Of a stretch of 10,698 nt of DNA, positions 1 through 6,985 are shown piece after piece. The DNA comes from Candidatus Saccharimonadota bacterium (GTDB taxonomy: Bacteria; Pseudomonadota; Gammaproteobacteria; Enterobacterales; Enterobacteriaceae), in contig NZ_CP046218.1 in NCBI RefSeq assembly GCF_012571345.1, positions 215,296 through 225,993 on the forward strand, given 5' to 3'. Position 1 is the first letter of the stretch; each line of letters starts with the position of its first letter. The notes below the pieces were generated by a model that had not been told where the DNA came from, did not search any database, and saw nothing but the letters and a program-made list of their open reading frames with translations. The position numbers and the translations under genes were made by a program.

Positions 1-1878
1 GGTTATTCTTCTGTAATTAATATAAATCAGAAAAACATAAATTTGCATTTAGTATGTAATCCTTCACATTTAGAATATATTAATCCTGTAGTTATGGGTA
101 TTACAAGATCATATTATGATTATTACAGTAAAGATATGATATTACCAATTATGATTCATGGTGATGCATCGATTGTTGGACAAGGAATAGTACAAGAAAC
201 ATTAAATATGTCATATACTAATGGATATAATATTCATGGTACTATACACATTATTATTAATAACCAAATTGGTTTTACTAATTCAGATATTAATGATTTA
301 AGATCAAGTTATTATTGTACAGATATAGCTAAGATAATAGGTTGTCCTATTTTTCACATAAATGCAGATAGCATAGAAGATGTAATTTATATAATAAGAT
401 TAGCAATAATTTATAGAAATTCTTTTCATAAAGATGTTTTTATCGATTTAATTTCATATAGAAGACATGGTCATAGTGAAATTGATGATCCGTATATGAC
501 TCAACCTATGATGTATAATTTAATTAAACAACATGATACTGTGCAAACTATATATCAACAAAAACTATTATCAGAAAAACTTATTGATCAAAAATTTATA
601 TATAAATTATATGATAAATATAATACTTTATTACAAAAAAAATATTGTTTGACATATACCAAACAAATTTATCCACAAAATCTTAATAAGAACAATGACA
701 GTAAAAATAACCATTTTACCAAAAAAACTTTAAAAAATTTGTTTTATACTATAAGTATAATTCCTAAATATATTAATATGCATAAACGTGTTAAAAACAT
801 TTATTTAGATAGACTTTTAATGTGTGAAGAAAAAAAGTTATTGGATTGGGGTGCTGCGGAAAGTCTAGCATATGCAACTGTACTTGCACAAGGTTTTTCT
901 TGCCGTATTACTGGAGAAGATAGTATAAGAGGAACTTTTGCACATAGACACGCCATTATATATGATCAAAATAATGATAATATTTATATACCTTTACAAA
1001 ATATTAGTACTACACAAGGAAATTTTTATATTTATAATTCTGTTTTATCAGAAGCAGCTGTATTAGGTTTTGAATATGGTTATACTCTACAAAATCGTAA
1101 TTTAACAATCTGGGAAGCGCAATTTGGAGATTTTGCAAATGCTAGCCAAGTTATTATAGATCAATTTATTGTTTCCGGTAAAAAAAAATGGAATTATATA
1201 TCTAATTTAGTATTATTATTACCACATGGTTATGAAGGTCAAGGGCCAGAACATTCTTCCGCTAGGATAGAAAGATATTTACAATTATGTGCAGAAAATA
1301 ATATACAAGTATGTGTGCCAACAACAGCAGCACAAATATACCATTTGTTATGTACACAAATACATAATAATAAACCATTAATTATTTTTACACCTAAATC
1401 ACTTTTAAGACATGAATTATCTTTTTCATCTTTAAGTTCTTTTGTAGATCATCATTTCATTAAAGTATTGTTAGAAACAGAAATAATACATAATATTCAA
1501 CGTGTTATTTTTTGTACTGGTAAAATATATTATGAATTATTGGAATATAGAAAAAAAAATAATTATATGAATACTGCTTTAATAAGAATTGAACAACTAT
1601 ATCCTTTACCTATAGAAGATCTAAAAAAAATTATTCATAAATATATAATATGTGTTAAAAATTTTTTTTGGTGTCAAGAAGAACCAGAAAATCAAGGTGC
1701 TTGGATATATATTCAATATTATTTTTATAAAAAATTACATCACCGTATTAACTATATCGGTAGGGAAAAATCATCTTCTACAGCAACTGGATATATTTCT
1801 ATACATAAAAAACAACAAAACAAAATATTATTTACTGCTTTTAATACTAATACTAATAATCTTTTATTAAAAAAATAA
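1..1878 (+). CDS. sucA: 2-oxoglutarate dehydrogenase E1 component (SucA), 5' partial: the frame is open from base 1 and the true start lies upstream of the window
   Basis: Frame 1 is open from nt 1 (GYSSVININQKNINLHLVCNPSHLEYINPVV), so the TTG at 43 in the ORF track is not the real start. It is collinear with E. coli SucA from about GFSSDF..LAFNPSHLEIVSPVV to the C-terminus. Near-identical blocks include HGDASIVGQGIVQETLNMS, NNQIGFT, CYRRHGHSE, WEAQFGDFANASQVIIDQFI, LLLPHGYEGQGPEHSSARIERYLQLCAE, IRIEQLYP and WCQEEPENQGAW. TAA stop at 1876-1878. Confidence 0.97.
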   Translation, partial: GYSSVININQKNINLHLVCNPSHLEYINPVVMGITRSYYDYYSKDMILPIMIHGDASIVGQGIVQETLNMSYTNGYNIHGTIHIIINNQIGFTNSDINDLRSSYYCTDIAKIIGCPIFHINADSIEDVIYIIRLAIIYRNSFHKDVFIDLISYRRHGHSEIDDPYMTQPMMYNLIKQHDTVQTIYQQKLLSEKLIDQKFIYKLYDKYNTLLQKKYCLTYTKQIYPQNLNKNNDSKNNHFTKKTLKNLFYTISIIPKYINMHKRVKNIYLDRLLMCEEKKLLDWGAAESLAYATVLAQGFSCRITGEDSIRGTFAHRHAIIYDQNNDNIYIPLQNISTTQGNFYIYNSVLSEAAVLGFEYGYTLQNRNLTIWEAQFGDFANASQVIIDQFIVSGKKKWNYISNLVLLLPHGYEGQGPEHSSARIERYLQLCAENNIQVCVPTTAAQIYHLLCTQIHNNKPLIIFTPKSLLRHELSFSSLSSFVDHHFIKVLLETEIIHNIQRVIFCTGKIYYELLEYRKKNNYMNTALIRIEQLYPLPIEDLKKIIHKYIICVKNFFWCQEEPENQGAWIYIQYYFYKKLHHRINYIGREKSSSTATGYISIHKKQQNKILFTAFNTNTNNLLLKK

Positions 1879-1903
1879 TTTCATAAAATAAGGAAAATAT
1901 TGT

Positions 1904-3025
1904 ATGAATAATATTAATATTATTGTTCCAGAATTACCAGAATCAGTAAACAATGCTATTATTATACAATGGCATAAAAAACCAGGTGATATTATTAATA
2001 TTGATGATGTTTTAGTAGAATTAGAAACAGATAAAATAGTATTAGAAATACCTGCTACTGTTCCTGGTATTTTAAAACAAATATTAGTATCACAAAACAG
2101 TAAAGTACAATCACAACAAATAATTGGTGTGATAGAAAAAAGAATACAGAATAATAATGTTAATTTTAAAACAAAGACTTCTATAAAAACACATTATCAA
2201 AAAAATTACACACAACCAAATCAGCAATTTTATAGTCCTTCTACGAGACGTAAAATGTCTATACAAGATAATATATTACAAGACATACAAAAGAATAAAA
2301 CACTAGGTTCAGAACATACAACATTAAAAAATAAAAAACGTATTCCTATGTCACCTATTAGACAACAAATTGCTAAACAATTAATGTTATCTAAAAATAA
2401 TACAATTACATTAACCACTTTTAACGAAGTGAATATGGAGCAAATACAAATTATTAGAAAAAAATATTCTTCTGATATACAACAAGAATATCAAATTAAA
2501 TTAGGATTTATGCCTTTTTATATTAAAGCTTCTGCAATTGCTTTAAAAAAATATCCTCAAATTAATGCATATATTGATAATCAAGATATTATCTATAATG
2601 ATACATATCATATTAATATAGCAATAGCTACACAAAGAGGTTTAATTACGCCAATTATTAAAAATACTGATATATTATCAATTATATCTCTTGAAAAAAA
2701 CATTCAAAATTTACTTTATAAAAGTAATAATAATAAATTATCTCTAGATGAACTATCTAGTGGTACATTTACCATTACTAATGGAGGAGTATTTGGATCA
2801 TTAATGTCTACTCCTATTATTAATCCCCCACAAAGTGCTATTTTAGGTATACATGCTATACAAAATAGACCTATTGTAATTAATAAAAAAATTTGTATTA
2901 TGCCCATGACATATTTAGCATTATCATATGATCATCGTTTAATTGATGGTAAAGAGGCAATTAGTTTTTTAATATATTTAAAAAAACTATTAGAAAATCC
3001 TATAATATTATTATTGAATATGTAA
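1904..3025 (+). CDS. sucB: 2-oxoglutarate dehydrogenase E2 component, dihydrolipoyllysine-residue succinyltransferase (SucB)
   Basis: 373 aa. AAGGA Shine-Dalgarno at 1890-1894, 9 nt before the ATG. The lipoyl domain carries the lipoyl-lysine motif [13 protein letters not shown] (E. coli EIETDKVVLEVPA). The catalytic domain is nearly identical in [27 protein letters not shown] and [12 protein letters not shown]. It follows sucA directly, as in E. coli. It is about 30 aa shorter than E. coli SucB (405 aa, recalled), and the loss is concentrated in the linker and E3-binding region. Confidence 0.96.
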   Translation: MNNINIIVPELPESVNNAIIIQWHKKPGDIINIDDVLVELETDKIVLEIPATVPGILKQILVSQNSKVQSQQIIGVIEKRIQNNNVNFKTKTSIKTHYQKNYTQPNQQFYSPSTRRKMSIQDNILQDIQKNKTLGSEHTTLKNKKRIPMSPIRQQIAKQLMLSKNNTITLTTFNEVNMEQIQIIRKKYSSDIQQEYQIKLGFMPFYIKASAIALKKYPQINAYIDNQDIIYNDTYHINIAIATQRGLITPIIKNTDILSIISLEKNIQNLLYKSNNNKLSLDELSSGTFTITNGGVFGSLMSTPIINPPQSAILGIHAIQNRPIVINKKICIMPMTYLALSYDHRLIDGKEAISFLIYLKKLLENPIILLLNM

Positions 3026-3143
3026 GTTTCATGAGAAATATTTTTTATATATAAATGTTATACTAAACTTAATAAATGATAAAAATAATTATATATGATT
3101 ATTTATAAATCAATTAAATAAGGAAAAATATTAGGTGATAATT

Positions 3144-4709
3144 ATGTTTAATGTAGTTAATTTATCAAGATTGCAATTTGCATTAACTGCTATGTATCAT
3201 TTTATTTTTGTTCCATTAACATTAGGTATGTCTTTCTTGTTAGCGATTATGGAAACTATATATGTTATATCTAATAAAATTATATATAAGGATATGACAA
3301 AATTTTGGAGTAAATTATTTGGTATTAATTTTGCATTAGGAATCGCTACAGGTTTAACTATGGAATTTCAATTTGGTACTAATTGGTCTTATTATTCACA
3401 TTATGTAGGAGATATATTTGGTGCGCCATTAGCTATAGAAGGTTTAATGGCATTTTTTTTAGAATCTACTTTTGTAGGGTTATTTTTTTTAGGTTGGGAA
3501 CGACTAAATAAAATCCAACATGTAATTACAACCTGGTTAGTTGCTTTAGGATCAAATTTATCTGCTTTATGGATTTTAATTGCTAATGGTTGGATGCAAA
3601 ATCCTATAGCATCACATTTTAATTATAAAACTATGCGCATGGAAATGGATAACTTATGGAATTTAATATTTAATCCAGTAGCACAAGTTAAATTTGTACA
3701 TACTGTGGCTGCAGGATATACTACTGGAGCTATTTTTGTTATTGGCATTAGTTCATATTATTTATTAAAAAAAAGAGATATATTATTTGCAAAAAAATCT
3801 ATTATTATCGCGGCTAGTTTTGGTTTAGCTTCTATATTATCTGTAATGATCTTAGGTGATGAATCAGGTTATCAAATGGGAGATGTGCAAAAAACAAAAT
3901 TAGCTGTTATTGAAGCAGAATGGGAAACACAAAAACCTCCTGCATCTTTTACAATCTTTAGTATCCCTAATCAAAATAAACAAATTAATAAATATTCCAT
4001 TTCTGTGCCCTACATGTTAGGTATGATAGCAACAAGATCACTTAATACTCCTATTATGGGTATTAAAGAAATAACTCATAATTATGAAATAAGAATCCGT
4101 AATGGCATACAAGCTCTCAAGGCTTTAGAACAAATTAAAAATGGTTATTATAATACTCATATTCTGAAAATCTTTAAGAAATATCAAAAAGATCTAGGAT
4201 ATGGATTACTAATTAAACAATATCATTATCATGATTTAAATCTTATTAATAACCATGAGATCACGAAAATAGCGCAAAATTCTATTCCATTAGTTTTCCC
4301 ATTATTTTTTGCTTTTCGTATTATGGTTGCTATTAGCATAATCTTATTAATAACTATTGCTGTTGTATTTTTTTATGCTTTAAAAAACAATATAAATCAC
4401 AAAAAATATTTATTAAGATTTTGTTTATATATTATTCCTTTACCTTGGATTGCTTCTGAATCAGGATGGTTTGTTGCTGAATATGGACGCCAACCATGGG
4501 CTATTGGTGAAATATTACCAACATTTATGGCTGCTTCTACTATAGATATATCAGAAATATTGTTTTCTATAATTATAATTACTATAATTTATACTATATT
4601 GTTTATTATAGAATTATATTTTATGTTTAAAATTGCACGTATAGGACCTAGTGTTTTACAAACAGGCAGATATTTTTTTGAACAAAATATTAATAAAATT
4701 AGAGATTAA
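3144..4709 (+). CDS. cydA: Cytochrome bd-I ubiquinol oxidase subunit I (CydA)
   Basis: Strong identity to E. coli CydA along the whole length: LSRLQFALTAMYHFIFVPLTLGM, YKDMTKFWSKLFGINFALG.ATGLTMEFQFGTNWSYYSHYVGDIFGAPLAIEGLMAFFLESTFVGLFF, WLVALGSNLSALWIL.ANGWMQNPIAS, GDVQKTKLA.IEAEWETQ and GWFVAEYGRQPWAIGE. The heme-ligand contexts MYHF, FVHTV and FRIMV are present. I chose the ATG at 3144 (MFNVVNLSRLQF aligns residue for residue with E. coli MLDIVELSRLQF), which has an AGGTGA SD at 3133-3138. The ORF track's GTG at 3135 lies inside that SD and is an alternative start. Confidence 0.96.
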   Translation: MFNVVNLSRLQFALTAMYHFIFVPLTLGMSFLLAIMETIYVISNKIIYKDMTKFWSKLFGINFALGIATGLTMEFQFGTNWSYYSHYVGDIFGAPLAIEGLMAFFLESTFVGLFFLGWERLNKIQHVITTWLVALGSNLSALWILIANGWMQNPIASHFNYKTMRMEMDNLWNLIFNPVAQVKFVHTVAAGYTTGAIFVIGISSYYLLKKRDILFAKKSIIIAASFGLASILSVMILGDESGYQMGDVQKTKLAVIEAEWETQKPPASFTIFSIPNQNKQINKYSISVPYMLGMIATRSLNTPIMGIKEITHNYEIRIRNGIQALKALEQIKNGYYNTHILKIFKKYQKDLGYGLLIKQYHYHDLNLINNHEITKIAQNSIPLVFPLFFAFRIMVAISIILLITIAVVFFYALKNNINHKKYLLRFCLYIIPLPWIASESGWFVAEYGRQPWAIGEILPTFMAASTIDISEILFSIIIITIIYTILFIIELYFMFKIARIGPSVLQTGRYFFEQNINKIRD

Positions 4710-4711
4710 AA

Positions 4712-5854
4712 ATGTTAAATTATGAGTTATTGTGTATTATTTGGTATATTCTAATAGTTATCTTAATAACTGGATTTATGATTACTGATGGTTTAGATAT
4801 GGGTGTAGGTGTTTTATTATTTATACTTGGACAAAAAAACATTGATAGAAGAATAATTATTAATACTATCGCTCCTCATTGGGATGGTAATCAAGTATGG
4901 TTTATTACAGCTGCGGGAGCCATGTTTGCAGCTTGGCCTAATGTCTATGCTACTTTATTTTCTAGTTTTTATATGATTATGTTTATATTACTTATTTTTT
5001 TGTTTTTACGTCCTATAGGTTTCGAATATCGTACGAAATTACCTAATACAATATGGGAAACTATTTGTGATATATTTATTACAATAGGTAGTATTATGCC
5101 GATTATTGCTATAGGAATAATATTAGGATATATATTACAAGGTATTCCTTTTTATTTTGACAAATATTACCATATTTATTATAACAGAGAGATATTATTG
5201 CCTTTTAGTTTATTCAATTTAATGATTATAATAACTACTGTATTAGTTGTGTTAAATCAAGCTGCTACATTTTTGCAATTAAGAATTAATGATAAACATA
5301 TTAATAATAAATTAAATATTATCATACCTATGATATCTATGTCTTTAATATTTATGATTATAATAACATTTATATATATGATATTTTATATACGCGGTTA
5401 TAAATTGAATGTATTAAATATACAGGAAATACACTATTTACCTCTAATAACATCAGATATAACATATAGTGAAGGATTTTGGATAAATAATTTTATAAAA
5501 AATGTATATCTATTGATTATACCAATAAGCAGTATTATCAACTTACTTTTTCTTATAGTTTTATCCATATACCAAAAACATATACTTGCTTTTATTTGTT
5601 CTATATATAATATCATTAGTATTATCATTACTATAGCAATAGCAATATTTCCTTTTATTATTCCTTCAACATATGCAAATTATAGTTTAACAATTTGGAA
5701 TGCTGCATCTAGTAGATTAACATTAAGTATTATGTTATACGTAGCATTAATTTTTATACCAATTATGTTATTGTATTCATATTGGTGTTATAAAAAAATG
5801 TTTTTTAAAATTACTAAACAACATATTCAAAAAAATCCTTTAAACTATTATTAA
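4712..5854 (+). CDS. cydB: Cytochrome bd-I ubiquinol oxidase subunit II (CydB)
   Basis: 380 aa versus 379 aa in E. coli (recalled). Matching blocks are YE.L..IWW/Y, TDG.DMGVG, RRI.IN.IAPHWDGNQVW.ITA.GA.FAAWP.VYA, RP.GF.YR, LQG.PF, FPF..PS, SLT.W.A.SS.LTL and Y..WCY.KMF..ITK. The ATG lies 2 nt after the cydA stop, which suggests translational coupling. Confidence 0.96.
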   Translation: MLNYELLCIIWYILIVILITGFMITDGLDMGVGVLLFILGQKNIDRRIIINTIAPHWDGNQVWFITAAGAMFAAWPNVYATLFSSFYMIMFILLIFLFLRPIGFEYRTKLPNTIWETICDIFITIGSIMPIIAIGIILGYILQGIPFYFDKYYHIYYNREILLPFSLFNLMIIITTVLVVLNQAATFLQLRINDKHINNKLNIIIPMISMSLIFMIIITFIYMIFYIRGYKLNVLNIQEIHYLPLITSDITYSEGFWINNFIKNVYLLIIPISSIINLLFLIVLSIYQKHILAFICSIYNIISIIITIAIAIFPFIIPSTYANYSLTIWNAASSRLTLSIMLYVALIFIPIMLLYSYWCYKKMFFKITKQHIQKNPLNYY

Positions 5855-5882
5855 AAAATTTTATAGGAGAATTATAAATATT

Positions 5883-5972
5883 ATGTGGTATTTTACTTGG
5901 TTTATTGGTGTATTATTAGCATGTAGTTTTAGTATTATTGTATCTTTAGCACAAGAATATTATTTACAATAA
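5883..5972 (+). CDS. cydX: Cytochrome bd-I oxidase small accessory subunit CydX (YbgT), 29 aa
   Basis: Not in the supplied ORF track because it is too short. My translation is MWYFTWFIGVLLACSFSIIVSLAQEYYLQ*. It matches E. coli CydX MWYFAWILGTLLACSFGVITALALEH... at the N-terminus and the LLACSF core. AGGAG SD at 5865-5869. It sits immediately downstream of cydB, exactly as in E. coli. Confidence 0.85.
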   Translation: MWYFTWFIGVLLACSFSIIVSLAQEYYLQ

Positions 5973-6042
5973 TATTGTAAACTTAGATAGTATTATTTTC
6001 TATCAAATAAATTTAACATGTAATTTTACTAGAGATATTATC

Positions 6043-6072
6043 AAAAATAATATTATTTATAATATTATTTTT
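6043..6072. repeat. Perfect 11-bp inverted repeat (all A/T) with an 8-nt loop between cydX and tolQ
   Basis: AAAAATAATAT (6043-6053), TATTTATA (6054-6061), ATATTATTTTT (6062-6072), with the T run continuing into 6073. It could act as a weak terminator for the cyd transcript or be a product of low complexity. Confidence 0.3.
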
Positions 6073-6092
6073 TAACATTAAAAAGATAGTTT

Positions 6093-6785
6093 ATGAATAT
6101 TTGTAATATTTTATGGCAGTCTATGTTTATTATAAAATTATCAATAATAATTTTAATAATTCTATTGTTTATATCATTTATTATTATTGTAAAAAAATAT
6201 TTTTTAATTACTCAATTATTATATCTTTTAATTATTTTTAAAAAAACATTTTGGTCTGGAAAAAAATTATCTGATATATATAAAGACATACAAATCCAAA
6301 AAAATATTTTTGGTATTGAAAAAATATTCTATGAAGGATTTAAAAAATTTATTCAAACTTACGATTATATTACAAATATCCCAGAAATTGTAATTAAAGA
6401 TACTACTGTCACGATAAATTTATATATTAAACAAGAATTAATAGAATTACAGTCTTACATGATGTATTTAGATAACATTAATATAGTCATAAGTTATTTC
6501 ATCATGTTAGGTAATATTTATATTATATTTGGTATATATCAATCTTTGATGTATTTTAAATTAAATATAATATTAACACATTTATCATTTAATATTTTTG
6601 CTATATTAATTATGTTAATTATAGGAATTTCTATTAAAACGTTTATCGCAATAAGTTATAATATTATTAATCAATATATAGAAAACATATTATTGCAATA
6701 TAATTTATTTACACAAGAGATATTATTAATGTTGTATAAAAAAATTTTTTTAAAAAAAAAATTTATTAATTATATGAATAAATAA
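6093..6785 (+). CDS. tolQ: Highly diverged TolQ homolog (MotA/TolQ/ExbB family inner-membrane protein), possibly non-functional or repurposed
   Basis: 230 aa, the same length as E. coli TolQ (recalled). TolQ-specific motifs survive in the N-terminal half: FKKTFWSGKKLSDIY versus FEDKFWSGIELSRLY, GIEKIFYEGFKKF versus GSEQIFYSGFKEF, and QELIELQSYMMYL versus RELENLETHIPFL. The position after cydAB-cydX matches the E. coli order cydAB-ybgT-ybgE-ybgC-tolQ. The C-terminal half aligns in length but is poorly conserved. There is no clear SD (only aaaaagatagtttATG). Confidence 0.78.
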   Translation: MNICNILWQSMFIIKLSIIILIILLFISFIIIVKKYFLITQLLYLLIIFKKTFWSGKKLSDIYKDIQIQKNIFGIEKIFYEGFKKFIQTYDYITNIPEIVIKDTTVTINLYIKQELIELQSYMMYLDNINIVISYFIMLGNIYIIFGIYQSLMYFKLNIILTHLSFNIFAILIMLIIGISIKTFIAISYNIINQYIENILLQYNLFTQEILLMLYKKIFLKKKFINYMNK

Positions 6786-6856
6786 TATAAATAATAAAAA
6801 TTGTAATAATAGCAAAACATATAAAAAATATTATTTTCTTATATAATTAATAACTT

Positions 6857-6875
6857 TGTATAATAAAATTATACA
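6857..6875. repeat. 8-bp inverted repeat with a 3-nt loop in the tolQ-parE spacer
   Basis: TGTATAAT (6857-6864), AAA, ATTATACA (6868-6875). The left arm contains a perfect TATAAT hexamer. No T tract follows, so it is not a canonical terminator. Confidence 0.2.
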
Positions 6876-6923
6876 TATTATATATTGATTATTTTTATAT
6901 CGATAAATAGTTAAAAATAATAA

Positions 6924-6951
6924 TTGACTAAGTATATATTTATTTTATATT
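6924..6951 (+). promoter_or_regulatory. Candidate sigma70-type promoter upstream of parE (TTGACT - 16 nt - TATATT)
   Basis: TTGACT at 6924-6929 (5/6 to TTGACA) and TATATT at 6946-6951 (5/6 to TATAAT) with a 16-nt spacer, about 35 nt upstream of the parE ATG. -10-like hexamers are everywhere in this composition, but a G/C-containing -35 at the correct spacing is rarer. The call is from sequence only. Confidence 0.3.
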
Positions 6952-6985
6952 AAACATATCAAAATTGCTATTTATTTAATAAATA

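Noticed and set aside
1652-1870. 72-aa plus-strand ORF overlapping the sucA 3' end in another frame
   Set aside because: The sucA frame across this region is clearly conserved (WCQEEPENQGAW, GY.S.H.KQQ). The alternative-frame peptide is I/L/K/N/Y-rich with no support.
2230-2418. 62-aa ORF on the minus strand, antisense to sucB
   Set aside because: It lies entirely inside a well-conserved sucB coding region. The peptide is low-complexity (I/L/F/C/N-rich) and resembles nothing I know. I treat it as a chance antisense ORF.
2716-2907. 63-aa ORF on the minus strand, antisense to the sucB catalytic domain
   Set aside because: Same reasoning. It is nested antisense to the most conserved part of sucB, with no start context and no recognisable motif.
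3083-3104. 7-bp all-AT inverted repeat (AAATAAT-N8-ATTATTT) in the sucB-cydA spacer
   Set aside because: The stem is short and purely A/T, and no T tract follows. This is expected by chance at this composition.
3100-3113. Possible FNR/CRP-type site (half-site ATCAA) upstream of cydA, by analogy with E. coli cydAB regulation
   Set aside because: Only the right half-site matches. The left half reads TATTT instead of TTGAT. A single pentamer match in AT-rich DNA means little, and such regulators are usually lost in reduced genomes.
3135-3143. GTG at 3135 as the cydA start, as in the ORF track
   Set aside because: The GTG lies within an AGGTGA that serves better as the SD for the ATG at 3144. 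Starting at 3144 gives an N-terminus that aligns residue for residue with E. coli CydA. It remains possible as an alternative start.
5434-5628. 64-aa ORF on the minus strand, antisense to cydB
   Set aside because: It is nested antisense to cydB, is a hydrophobic low-complexity translation, and has no SD or homology signal.
5991-6001. The 11-mer TATTATTTTCT occurs in both the cydX-tolQ spacer (5991-6001) and the tolQ-parE spacer (6829-6839)
   Set aside because: It is a single short low-complexity match with no extended flanking similarity. That is not enough to call a repeat family or regulatory motif.
6786-6985. I looked for a degraded tolR or tolA reading frame in the long spacer
   Set aside because: All frames are broken by frequent stops, and I could not recognise any TolR-like motif by eye. 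I cannot support a pseudogene call without a profile search.
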